Positions 1 to 10,392 of a stretch of 20,000 bases of DNA are shown piece after piece. Each line of letters begins with the position of its first letter. Within the stretch, counting starts at the first letter, position 1. The notes beneath the pieces were generated by a model that worked only from the letters and a program-made list of their open reading frames with translations, searched no databases and was not told where the DNA came from. The translations under genes and the position numbers were made by a program. Origin of the DNA: Mesotaenium endlicherianum (Eukaryota); NCBI GenBank assembly GCA_009602735.1, contig WELA01001807.1, positions 51,929-71,928 of the forward strand, written 5' to 3'.

Positions 1-157
1 ACAGCACAATTCATCCTTTTACTCTGCTAGGTCTAAAATTAGTCAACACCCATGAAGGAGGTTCGCCCTCCACCAGAAAAACATTTAAAAATACCCCAAA
101 AAAAGGCCCTCTTTTTGGTGGAGGTGCATGTGCCAGCTGCAGGCAGGAGTCTTCCAG

Positions 158-497
158 TCAGAGAGGGCGGGGAACGACGCCCTCAACAGGCCTTGCATGC
201 TCCTCCGGCGTCGCACTCCCCTTCTTCTTTGCGCTGCCAATCTCCTCCGATGCCGCTCCGGGCGGCCCGAGGAACCAATCGATAGCTTGCGATGCAACCT
301 CAACAGGCACAGAGTGCCCCCCGGCAAACTCGCGATACGTCAGATTGTAGCCGCACTTCTTGAGCTTGGGGACCAGCTGGCGGCTGCAGCGGTCAATATG
401 CAGGATTGTGTCGCGCTTCCCGTGCGAGATGAAGACATCTGGCGAGTCCACGTAGCATGGGGGCTTCATGAATCCGGGCGAGAACGCAATGATGTGA
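158..497 (-). CDS. Esterase exon 4 (catalytic Asp and His, stop)
   Basis: Acceptor GAGCAG|TCAC; encodes HIIAFSPGF, HGKRD, GGHSVP, DWFLG; stop at 160-158. Confidence 0.9.
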
Positions 498-2663
498 CTG
501 CTCAAACTCTTGCACGCATGGAGTGTACGCATCAACGTCCCATCCAGTCCAATTGAGTAACAAAAAAGGCTTAGAATGAGTTGTATGTGACAGCTGGGAT
601 GCAGCCAAGAGTTGCAGTCAGAAATGGCAGTGCGGTCAGGTTGAAGGTAATGATAGCAAGCCACTAAAAAAAAACTTAAGATTCAAGAAAATCGACACAT
701 AGTTATAGAACAGCCCTGACAATGCCGCCACATAGGCGCCTGTTCCCCCTCCCCCCAACCCCACCAATACAATTTAGGAAGTGGTGATGGCCCGTACACA
801 ACATCGGACCATATGATCAAGCAATTCCTTCCCATACATTTGGGCTTCACTAACTCCCCAGCTAGCATTTCTCCCTCCACTGCTATTGAGACCCCCTGAG
901 AACCGGAAGTCATTCGATTTGACCCTCAAAGGGCCTGGACAGTGGCGGAAAGCGAGGCACGCAGCTGCACTTAAGCATGAAATTCCCCGAGCTAGAACGA
1001 CCTGGGCAAAACAAAGAGAAATCTTTCTCTGACATGCATCATACCAGCTCCCAACGCAAGCCAAACATGCCCAAGTGAAGCAGAGAGGCTGCACGGCTGG
1101 ATGGGCCCCAGGCACCTGAAGAGCAGGCCGTTGGCAATGCCCAGCGAGAGCGCGTAGGACGCTCCGTCGGAGAAGCCGGCAATGGCGATGCGGTCAGGGT
1201 CCACGGCGTAAGAGCCAAACACCTTCTCCAGAGCCCTGCTCGCCCCATGCGCACTTGGCCCTCGCACAATTTTGACATCTCTGCAGGGGCTCAAGTGCGT
1301 AGTCAAGCAGGCAGCCACAGGCCAGGCGACAGCAAACATCAGCAGAGGCAACAGAGGTAACACGCAGCAATAGCAGCAGGCGGCAGCAGCAGGCGGCAGC
1401 AGCAGGCGGCAGCAGCAGCAGCGGGGAGAGGCAGCGAGCGCGTGCACACGTACTTGTCGATGAAGGCAACATCGTGTCCATACACGCCCACAATGGTGTC
1501 CCAGGTGCGGCCCCGGGACGCGGGCGACAGCAGGAGCAGCCCGCGGGCATCGGCGAGCGGGAGCAGCGGGGCCAGCCCGTTTGCGGCGTCGGAGCCTGCC
1601 CCATGGAGGATGACCACCAGGTGCGCAGGCCTGTCCTGCCGGTACCCCCTGGGGACGTAGATCAGACCGTCTCTCTGCCCCCTGCATGCGTGCGTGCAGC
1701 GCGTGCCCCAGCGCGGCAGGGAGAGGAGAGAGAGAGGAGAGGAGAGGAAAGCCAGAAGAAAGTCAGGACTCCGGACTCAGTGCTGCTCCTACTTCTTTCG
1801 CTTAGCCCTCGAGAAACTGGGTGGAGAATGTTGCTTTGAGCAGGTTGTGCAAGGGATGCATTCAATGCTCAAGTGCAAGCATAGGGTAATTCTAATGCAA
1901 ATCCAAGTTACGAAGCACACATGTGAGCGTGAGCGAGAAACAGGGGCATCAGCTCTAAATGAAGGTCACGACACAAGACACCTTACGACCTTGTTCAGCT
2001 TGAACCTCCTACAGCAATTTTGCCTGTCAGGCAAAGGTCACTTCCTGCCCGCTGAGAAGTTCAAAAATAAATATAGACCAGCCTGGTACACAGGCCCGAC
2101 AGATATATGCAGATTGTTTGGTCTGTGAATGCACAAGTAAACATCCGTCTGTCATTTTCCGGACAAGACACCCTTTGGTTGCCAGGGGAACAGTGTAGGC
2201 CATCCATGATCCATGCACCAATTTGGATGCTGCATGTGCAAATCACACACGCCATGTGGCACAGTCTCCAAATTCATGCTTGGCTGCTGTTTGTGCTCAC
2301 TCCACTTGTCTTGAACACAAAAGACGAAAACAAAATCCAGCAACGCTAGATTACTATTGGTTGATTCTAATAACACTCCTGTTTACCACCAGAGGAGAAA
2401 AATCCACGAACGAGGCCAACAGAGGACCCTCACCCTTGAAGACCAAGAGGAATAGCAGCTCCTCTCGCTGTCGGTTTTCCATTATCCTCGAATGGCCTCC
2501 AGGGATGTAGCGGCCGAGAGTTGAGCTTTGCCTGAGGGGCCTCATGCTCTTTGGCCAGATCCTCTGCCACCTGGCCTCTTAAGGAGCAATCGGAGCAGTC
2601 GGAGTATTGGGAGTTTTCAGATTCGTATCCGTCAGAATCCTTCTTGTTATTGAGACCTGTCAT
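158..2663 (-). CDS. Phospholipase/carboxylesterase-family alpha/beta hydrolase, 4 coding exons (2663-2434, 1681-1454, 1235-1116, 497-158), 305 aa
   Basis: Three GT-AG, phase-2 introns join the exons into one open 918-nt frame: ...PLGLQG|GQRDGLIYVPRGYRQDRPAHLVVILHGAGS...FIDK|ALEKVFGSYAVDPDRIAIAGFSDGASYALSLG...LFS|HIIAFSPGF...FISHGKRDTIL...REFAGGHSVP. Nucleophile motif GFSDG, oxyanion motif LHGAG, Asp in HGKRD, His in GGHSV. An in-frame TAA lies four codons upstream of the ATG at 2663. Confidence 0.9.
1116..1235 (-). CDS. Esterase exon 3 (catalytic Ser, GFSDG)
   Basis: Acceptor GAGCAG|GGCT; donor TTCAG|GTGCCT. Confidence 0.9.
1363..1422. repeat. Imperfect GCA/GCAGGCGGCAGCA microsatellite in esterase intron 2
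   Basis: gcagcaggcggcagcagcaggcggcagcagcaggcggcagcagcagcagcgg is read directly. Confidence 0.85.
1454..1681 (-). CDS. Esterase exon 2
   Basis: Acceptor ATGCAG|G preceded by a CT-rich tract; donor GACAA|GTACGT; encodes DGLIYVP...LHGAG...TWD...DVAFID. Confidence 0.9.
2434..2663 (-). CDS. Esterase exon 1 (acidic N-terminal extension plus KLNSRP...PLGLQG)
   Basis: ATG at 2663; donor CAAGG|GTGAGG at 2433; phase matches the acceptor at 1682; KLNSRP/PLGL resembles the N-terminus of bacterial homologues as I recall them. Confidence 0.75.
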
Positions 2664-3750
2664 CGTGTCCAATTATCTGCATATAGTAACCACCAAAAAA
2701 ATCAGGTGTGCCATCACAAAAGAGAATGGCAATGTTGTCCTGAAAGGTCCTTGGGCAGCCTTATACTTAGACCTATCAAAGTTCATGGCCGTACATACAA
2801 AAAACACGCCCTAATTTCGGAAATATCGAAACTGACAGAACTACAATAAGTTCATGCTCAAACAAGCTGTAAAACAAGGTGCAGATTGTCAATTTGAATG
2901 CACACTTCAGTACCACACAAGCTCTGCACCCTTTTGCCTCTTTTACTTCACTCATTAACATGCCTTATGCTTGTCTCGACGGAGGAAAATCTGCAGCAAA
3001 GAACCTCTTTGGCACAGAAATTGTCACTGATATACACATCAATTTTATTTACACTGCAAGATCTTAAGTATGATTGCCCTATAAACCTCTGCCGCTGATC
3101 CTTGAAAGTTTATTGACTTGCTGCCTAAGGTATGAGCACTCAACGTCTCCGCAAAATTGGTCCCGAACCTGATGTGGAGTGTGTGTTCCTTCACTCACCT
3201 GCTAGCTGGCAATATGAAACAGAGAATGGCTTTGGGCACGATTCTATCCGGGAGGTATCTGCGAGGTATGTACGCAATAATCCGCATACCTACATAACCT
3301 CAAACAAACAGAAGTCGCACCGCTTAGACAGAATCGTAGTTTTTCTCGACTCCAAACTTCAGTTTAGTTTTCCTTCTTCCAAGAGGTCGCATTGCATGCA
3401 ATGAACTTGTAGACTCGAGGTAACTAGTACAGGGTAGAACCAGGTAGAACACGGGAACAAGATTACTATGCCCCAGGTCTTGCCCAAGCGCCAACTGCCA
3501 CCAACTGCAGCCAACTGGCATCTACTTGTTGTCGGTCATCACCTGCTCATAATCCGACGTGGTCCAGTGAGAAACCAAAAACTGCCTCAAGAATGTACAG
3601 AAGTACAGACAACAAGAGCAGTTGTCAGTGATTGTCAGTATATTTCAGTAATTGCACGAAATAGTACGCGAAGGCACGCAAAAGTGAGTGTGAGGTGGTA
3701 CACGCTGGAGCACGCGAATGGAGGTGTATAGAACGAATGGAAAAGAAGGA

Positions 3751-3795
3751 AAAAGTGGGGAAAGTGGGAAAAAGTGGGGAAAGTGGGAAAAAGTG
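3751..3795 (+). repeat. 19-bp tandem repeat (about 2.4 copies) forming a G-quadruplex motif
   Basis: AAAAGTGGGGAAAGTGGGA x2 plus AAAAGTG; four G-runs of 3 or more. Confidence 0.75.
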
Positions 3796-6114
3796 TCCTC
3801 CCGAGCAGCTCTCGAGCACTCGAGCACTCTCGAGTCTGGAGTAGCAAAGCGTCGCCTAGTTCGACAAATGTGAGGCTTCCTCTTACGACCTTCTCCCCAT
3901 AACGGCCTCCACCCATTAGCTCAATTTTGGGGAAAAGGCACAAAACCATTCCTTCCTCGAAAAGCCATAAGCTGTCGTCATCAAGAAGTAGGGATACTAT
4001 GGCTTGTTTTCCTTTTGATGAAATCTTGCGATGCCGGCTAATGGGGGGACTTTAACATGCACTTTCCTTCTCTCTGACACACTCCGACCAACACGGGCAT
4101 TATTTGTGGTGAGCCTAACGCTCAACACAACGTAACAAATGCACAAAAAGAATATGTTTAATTATCTTTCTCTCATGACACGCCAAGACGCGAAGCTTAC
4201 CCGTCAGTGGCCTCCTTACCGATCCCCTTGCAGGTCGCGCAAGAGCCACTCTTGCGCCACGAAAAGATAGAAAGAGGTGAGGAATCAGATGGACTGGTTG
4301 GGAACCTTGGGGAACCAGTTTGAATGACTATTCTGGGGAGAGAGAACTTGTGCGGGCAAAGATTCTGGCTGAAAAATGCATCAATGTGATAGACGAGAAG
4401 AAGAGAAGGGAATGGACGTTCGACTCGTCATCAACTCGTCATTATAATGACGGACTTTGTTGCCTCCTGACACCATTTTTGACAATCTGAGACCAGAAGG
4501 GAGGGCGATATGGTATGCCCTTCTTCAAGAAAGAAGAAAGTTCCATATCGCCCACAAGCAATTGGCTTCGTGGTGTAGGTTCTGTAAAGATACGAAACTA
4601 GACGACAAGTTTTAAATTCGTTTGAACTTAACCACTTCAATCGTGGCCGACGTCATGTCCCTTCTCTACAGACAATCGTGCTTGTCGATCACATTTGGAA
4701 GAATGGCAACGAAAGACATGGAAAAGGGGAATTTTTGAATTTTCTCGAAATGTTGCTAATGAGTGGATGCTGTAAGACTCCCTCCTTGCAGCAATCACAA
4801 CATTCCACAGAGAGAAGGCAGAGACGCGCCCCTCAATGCCCCTAACGAAAAGTATTTCATACCTCCATGGATATCGAAATTTGAGAGGGGACCGACAATG
4901 TTCCTCACACGAAGCCCCCCCGAACGATGCAACAAAACAACGCGACGGCTGTCGACGCTCGCCGTCTACGCATCAACCTTCCCCCCTCCCTCCCTCCCTC
5001 CCTCCCTCTCCTTTCTCCACCATGCCTCCTGCCTCCCCTTCCCACTTTCTCTAACACCCTCAAAACAAGCAAGCGGCCATGGCCGCCTGCAACGACGAGC
5101 TGGCATGGCAGCCTACCAGCATGCGCTCCCAACCTTTTGACCCCACAAACCCATTTAACGAGCGAGAGCTCCCTCTCACACGCCCCCATCACGAGCTACC
5201 TAGCCCAGGCGAGGCTTCGTCCCACTTCTCCTTGCCATGGCCGCTCACCAAAAGACCCAAGAACGCAGTGCCTAAGCAAAAAACAGGCCTAATTTATGGC
5301 TAGAGCCTAATTTAAGGCGGTTGCTAAAGGGCGGGCCGCAAAGAAAGCGCGATCACGATCATACGCGTTTGTGCGAAGCCGGGTAGCAGTGCACGTATAA
5401 ACTTTTCGGACGCACGTCTGGGCAAACGCTCACACGAGCAGAGGACCTTCCTGATGTTTTCCTCACAACACATACGTGAGGAGCGCCTTACTGACAACAA
5501 CCATCCACTGCACATACTCGGTCAATATTGTGGTCTGTGAGGAAATCTGCAATTTTCCCCTCACGAAGCCCTCCAAACGATCGCGACATACTTAAGCGTC
5601 AAACCAGCATGATTATTATCAACGCTCGCAGTCGATGCAACGGCTGGCCTCCTCCTTCCCTCCTTCCCTCCTTCCCTCTCCACCATACCTTCTCCCTCTT
5701 CTTTCCACCCTCTCTCTCATATCAAGCAGGCATGGCCGCTTGACATAACCAGCGACCATGTTTGACCACCACCATGTGCTCCCAACCTTTTCACCCCACG
5801 AACCTATCTTACGAGCGAGAACGCCATCTCCACACCCCCTTCACGAGCTACCTAGCAGCCCATGCGATACTTCGCCCCCCTTCTCCTGGCCATGGCCGCT
5901 AGCAAAATTCTCGAGGACCCTCTATTTAAGCTAAAAAGTCGCCTAATTTGTGGCGATCGCTAAAGGGCGGGCCATGGTGGAAAAGCGCGATCACAATTGA
6001 ACGATATTGCATCGATCCAAATCGCACGCGCACAAATAAATTTTCAGACGCACGCATAGACCAAGACTCACATGAGCGAAGACCCTTACAGATTTTCTTC
6101 TCACAAGCGTTACA

Positions 6115-7810
6115 TGTAATGAATCAATTCATTATTTGTTTAATTGATTGCATATATAAATACATCACTGAATAAGTATTATGTCAATATATTCACATGT
6201 GCGAGTTCATTTAAATGAATGTATGTCGATATAATGCGAGTTTGCTTACTTTGTCGAAAAGGTTAGCAGGATGACTTTTGTATTATGGTGTAGTTTTCTG
6301 GGATTATCAAAATATATTGTAGTGAAACAGATAGATAAAGTACTTAGTAAAACAGAATACTTTATCTATTCAAGACAAGGATCTTTGAACACAAGTGGTA
6401 GCTTCTTGAAAGAGAGATGGCTTCTTGAAAGTTAATATATTTCTGGATTTTGGCAAGTACAAGAGTGATTCTGGAATGTCTTTCTATGTTCTAGCTCTTG
6501 TTTATATACTTGCTACATAAGTAATTTCTAGGAAGGTGTATGTTGATGTGTTGGCACCCAACACATCCCAAAACTTGCCACCTCTTTCTAGAATAATGTA
6601 CACATGTCCTTTTGACCTAAAAATGGCACATCTGACTTTTGCCACATGGAGTTCTTCTAGGTCTTTCCTCTAACTTCGAAAATGCCTTGGAAGGTTCAAA
6701 GGACATGAACCAAGTTACTAGAGTACCTATTCACACTTGACTCCACACAATACTACTCCAAATATATTTGAAAACATTAAAATATATGCATACTAATATA
6801 TAATAACTCAAATCACTACATATATATAGGACATAATATCAGTACGTTGACATGTAGTAAGCTCGCATGATGATAATTGGTATACTTAGACTCAGTACGC
6901 TGAGAATAGACATATTCAATAAGATAATTATTTGTATATTGGCACATGTGACCAATTTGTGGTATACTGAAAGTCGGGAGGTTGACTGGGAATCGGTGAA
7001 TCAATGTCCTACTAGTGCGGTTGAATCCCGGGTAGGCAGAGCCGACGTCAGCTAGCTGAACAGTTAGGACTTCAGTCAACCGACCAAATAATATGGTCGT
7101 TATACCTAGATCCGTGGGTCTCAACTTAACGGGTATCCCACGAAGCGGCGCACCTTGCGCCGTGGTCAACCAGGTGGTCACTATGTACATAGCAGGCTAG
7201 GATCTCGTGGTCCCTCAAGTAGGCTTTACAGTTGGATTTCTATTCGCAAGTCATATGTACACTTTTGGGATTGTTATTATGACCAGCTTTTACGAAAATT
7301 GACATGGCATCTTCGTCTGTGCTCCAAAATGAGCGAACTAGGACGGTTTGGAAGAGGCGTCCGTTGCCATTGACTTTGCTCAATGTGAATAAGTATTGAC
7401 AGAATTATGCCTTCTGACATTTTGGGGTCACAGTCTGGACAGATTCCATGCTTTTGCACCTAAGTCAGTGGGATGTGTTTCAGCTACATTATGGTCATCT
7501 GAATGAGAGCGCCTTTGCTATTTGGTCCTTTTATGTTGTGTATGTGCTCATACATGCTTGTATGCCTGGTACGCAAGAGGCCGCGAGTTTGTAAAGGAAA
7601 AGCTCTAGTCCTCAAGTTTGCCTTATTCTTGTGCCTTGAGGTAGTGTGCAACTATGGCACACTACAGTAAGTGAGTCAAGCGATATAGAGGAGTAAACTA
7701 AATTCATTATAAGGACGGAGACCGCTCCCTCATTTTACACGCTTCCACCAAATTCTGACCATATATCTAATTGAAACATGTTTTGTGTTGAATAAGCAAG
7801 ATTCATTTCA
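6115..7810 (+). mobile_element. Old solo LTR related to the chromovirus LTR family (about 1.19 kb after removing the nested insert)
   Basis: Starts TGTAATGAATC and ends GATTCATTTCA, the same termini as the LTR at 15566-16282; core gtcctac...tcccgggtaggcag...tgaacagt at ~6995-7065; flanks TTACA/ATACA (TSD with 1 mismatch); the host tandem repeat resumes after it. Confidence 0.75.
6318..6820 (-). mobile_element. Solo LTR (503 bp) of a different family, nested in the older LTR
   Basis: TGTAGTGA...TCACTACA 8-bp inverted termini; TATAT TSD at 6313-6317 and 6821-6825; minus-strand TATA-like GTATATAAAC near 6505 suggests orientation. Confidence 0.8.
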
Positions 7811-8185
7811 ATACATGGAGGACGCATTATTGACGATCGCAAACTGGGCCGTGTATTGGCTCCTATAGGCTAGACTCGATCAATATCTTTGTGTGTGGGG
7901 GGGACATACTGGACCAAATTCATTTAATAAAGGGTCGCAAACTTCCTCTCACAAACCGCCCCAAACAACGATAACAAATTGAAACGTCAAAAGTAGTCGA
8001 GGGGGCTCGTTGACGTCACAACAAAGTAAGTATCACAAGAACAAAGCGCGGCGAAGCAAAAAGAGGCCTCAGCATGTCTGGCATGAAGAGAAAACAAGAG
8101 AGGGTCAACACAACCCACCTCGGCCTGTATGAAGTCACTCCACCACACAAAAAGAGCAACATATGACGAATTCGACGTCAATACA

Positions 8186-8901
8186 TGTAAAGAATCAGTA
8201 GATTGGATAGACATAATATTCATTTCAGTATAATAGTCAAATAAATTCAACCTTCTGGACTTCACTTAATATTAAGTCTGGTGGACTTTTTGTGATATTC
8301 AGTTTAATGACTCAACCTAGAGCAGCAGGTTGAAGTCAACTTAGGTCAGCTTGCTGACACATTCTTTGACAGTCCGCTGACTGCCGTACTCGGTAGCAGC
8401 AAACTGCCTAGTCATATATCTAAGTGTAGTATGCTAGATGAGTGGCCAGATGACACCCTTAAGGTGGATGGCGATTCGGGATGATGGGAGATGGCTGTGG
8501 ATTTGGTTAGTCGAGGTCCTACCGACGTGGTTAACTCCCGGGTAGGCAGTGCCATTGCGCTTGCCGTTGAACAGTAAACTCATTCCACGTACATATGCTA
8601 GGTATGGCTCTCGAGTTCGGCATTCGAAAACGAGGCCAACTCTCTTGTACCGCAAATTGAGAGATATTTGAATTCAAAGCGAGAAGCCATTGATGCGACT
8701 GTCTCCTAACCTTGCTTATGTATGACTTTACTGATAGCATGATTGACGCTCGTTTACTTGAATTTGACTTATGAATATTGTTGCGCTAATCGTGGGGTCT
8801 TTTACTAAATAACTTAACCAGAAAATACCATAAAGATTACTTGCTGATATAAAGATCTTTTATTAATTGTTGATCGCTTATTGGTAAGTCGATTCATTTA
8901 A
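8186..8901 (+). repeat. 5' LTR of element 1 (716 bp)
   Basis: TGTAAAGAATC...GATTCATTTAA; colinear with 15566-16282 and with the reverse complement of 18262-18981; followed by a PBS. Confidence 0.9.
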
Positions 8902-8902
8902 G

Positions 8903-8914
8903 TGGTATCAGAGC
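8903..8914 (+). promoter_or_regulatory. Primer binding site (tRNA-iMet)
   Basis: TGGTATCAGAGC, 1 nt after the LTR end. Confidence 0.92.
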
Positions 8915-8934
8915 AGTTACCACAGTCTTCTTTT

Positions 8935-10392
8935 ATGGTAAGGACCAGGTCTCAAGCTAGCAACTCTCGTGAAATGGAGAGTGAGAACAATGATAACATT
9001 GAGGAAGGAAAAGACGAAAGTCGCGTCTTTGAACCTCGCACCTACTTAGAAACGCAACATGATGCAGGAAATGGAGAAGCTCCAGAGAAGGCAGCAGCTC
9101 TTGTTGCAGTAGCAGCTTAGCATGCTGAGGATGAGCGTAAAGAGGTAGAGGAAGCAATAAACAGGAGAGCCCCTGAAGAAAGGACGATGGAAGACCAGAT
9201 GACAAAAAGGGCCAGTCTCTGAAACCAACCTCCTGCTGTACCTACTGTTGTACCTCTTCCCTAGATTCGCAAACAACTGAGTGCAACGGGTATAGCCGGA
9301 GCAGCAGCAACCGAAAATGCGAAGCTACTACTAATCGAGCTAATGTTGCTGCTGCTGTGTTTGCTGGGCTACCACCTCGAACTGTAGATCTGGGAGCATT
9401 ATTTGTGCAAATGAAATCGCAAATGGCGAGCATGTATCAGTCCCAACAGGAGGACAAAAGGATCATGATGGCATTGTTACGTGACAGTGACCAACTGTAT
9501 TCTTAAAGCAATTGTGGTGGTGGCAGAGGGCCGAGTAAGCCTAAGCCGAAACCTCCTCAGGACTACGACCCTGAGGGAAATTGAAAGTACTATCTGATCA
9601 AGTTTCTCGCTGATGTTGAGCAGTGGCTGGAGAACTACCCAGAAGTGCAGGACTACGATATTTTCAGACACACTGGTGCTCATGCACACCAGTGCTCTAC
9701 TGAAAGGCAGTGCAGCAAACTGGTGGCGGTATTGGAAAGGAGAGCGTAAGGCTCAACAACTCGGTGACCCTACTTGGATAGATTTTGTTAAGAAGCAGCA
9801 TAAGAAATTTGATGTGATAAATCAGCAGGAGAAAGCAATCTATGCAATGATCTCCCTGACACTGAAGCAGACCACTTTAATTGCGGAGTATACTCAGAAG
9901 TTCCAGGTCAACATGATGAAGCAGCCGCAAGGGCCAGAGCTGTATGTGATAGCATATTTCGGGTATGGCTTGAAGCTTGAAGTCTCAGGTCATTTTGCTG
10001 AAAAGAAATATGAGAAATTGGCTGACTTGATCCAGGATGCTGATGCCTGGGATCAGCAACAGTTTAATTACAAGCGCCAGAGTATTGCTTTGGTGTCTAA
10101 GATTGTCAAAAAGCCACATGGTTTCTACAATGCAATTGAAGGAGACCAGGCTGAGGATGATCAGAGTGATGAGTACGAGTATGAGTATAATGCTATGCAG
10201 TCTAGAGGGAGAAGTGGATACTCTCGAGGTGGCTATGGAAGAGGTGGTGGCAAGTCTAAGCCGAGACCAGCCTCGGCAAAATCTAATCGCTACCATTGCC
10301 AGGAGTCGGATCCCTACAGAGAGCAATGTCCTAGAAAGCACCTGTCAAAGGTCGAGAGAAAGGATCATCCTTTGGACAGCAACTGTCAGTAA
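8935..10392 (+). pseudogene. gag: gag pseudogene of element 1
   Basis: MVRTRSQ start; retrotransposon gag-like LLKGSAANWW...LKQ...EYTQKF...YFGYGLK; RGG-rich stretch; decayed zinc knuckle; several stops and frameshifts. Confidence 0.85.

Larger units (their letters stand above)
4900..7975. repeat. Diverged ~650-bp tandem repeat (copy 1 ~4900-5550; copy 2 ~5555-6114 resuming 7811-~7900; partial copy 3 from ~7940)
   Basis: Shared blocks: cacgaagccc; (CCCT)n; catggccgc; ctcccaaccttttNaccccac; cacgagctacctagc; gctaaagggcgggcc; aaagcgcgatcac; gacgcacg. After the LTR, atacatggaggacgcattattgac matches copy 1 atacgtgaggagcgccttactgac. Confidence 0.8.

Noticed and set aside
992..1687. 231-aa ORF and overlapping Cys/Ala-rich ORFs
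   Set aside because: Read-through of GC-rich intron and microsatellite sequence; only the exon parts are coding.
3751..3836. Possible CRISPR-like array
   Set aside because: No unique spacers; simple tandem repeats in a eukaryotic context.
3912..4045. Nested short inverted repeats (CCCATTAGC/GCTAATGGG; AAGCCATA/TATGGCTT) as a possible MITE or pre-miRNA
   Set aside because: Arms are only 8-9 bp, with no continuous pairing and no TSD.
4763..5303. Pro/Ser-rich ORFs
   Set aside because: They come from (CCCT)n low-complexity sequence and are not preserved in the second repeat copy.
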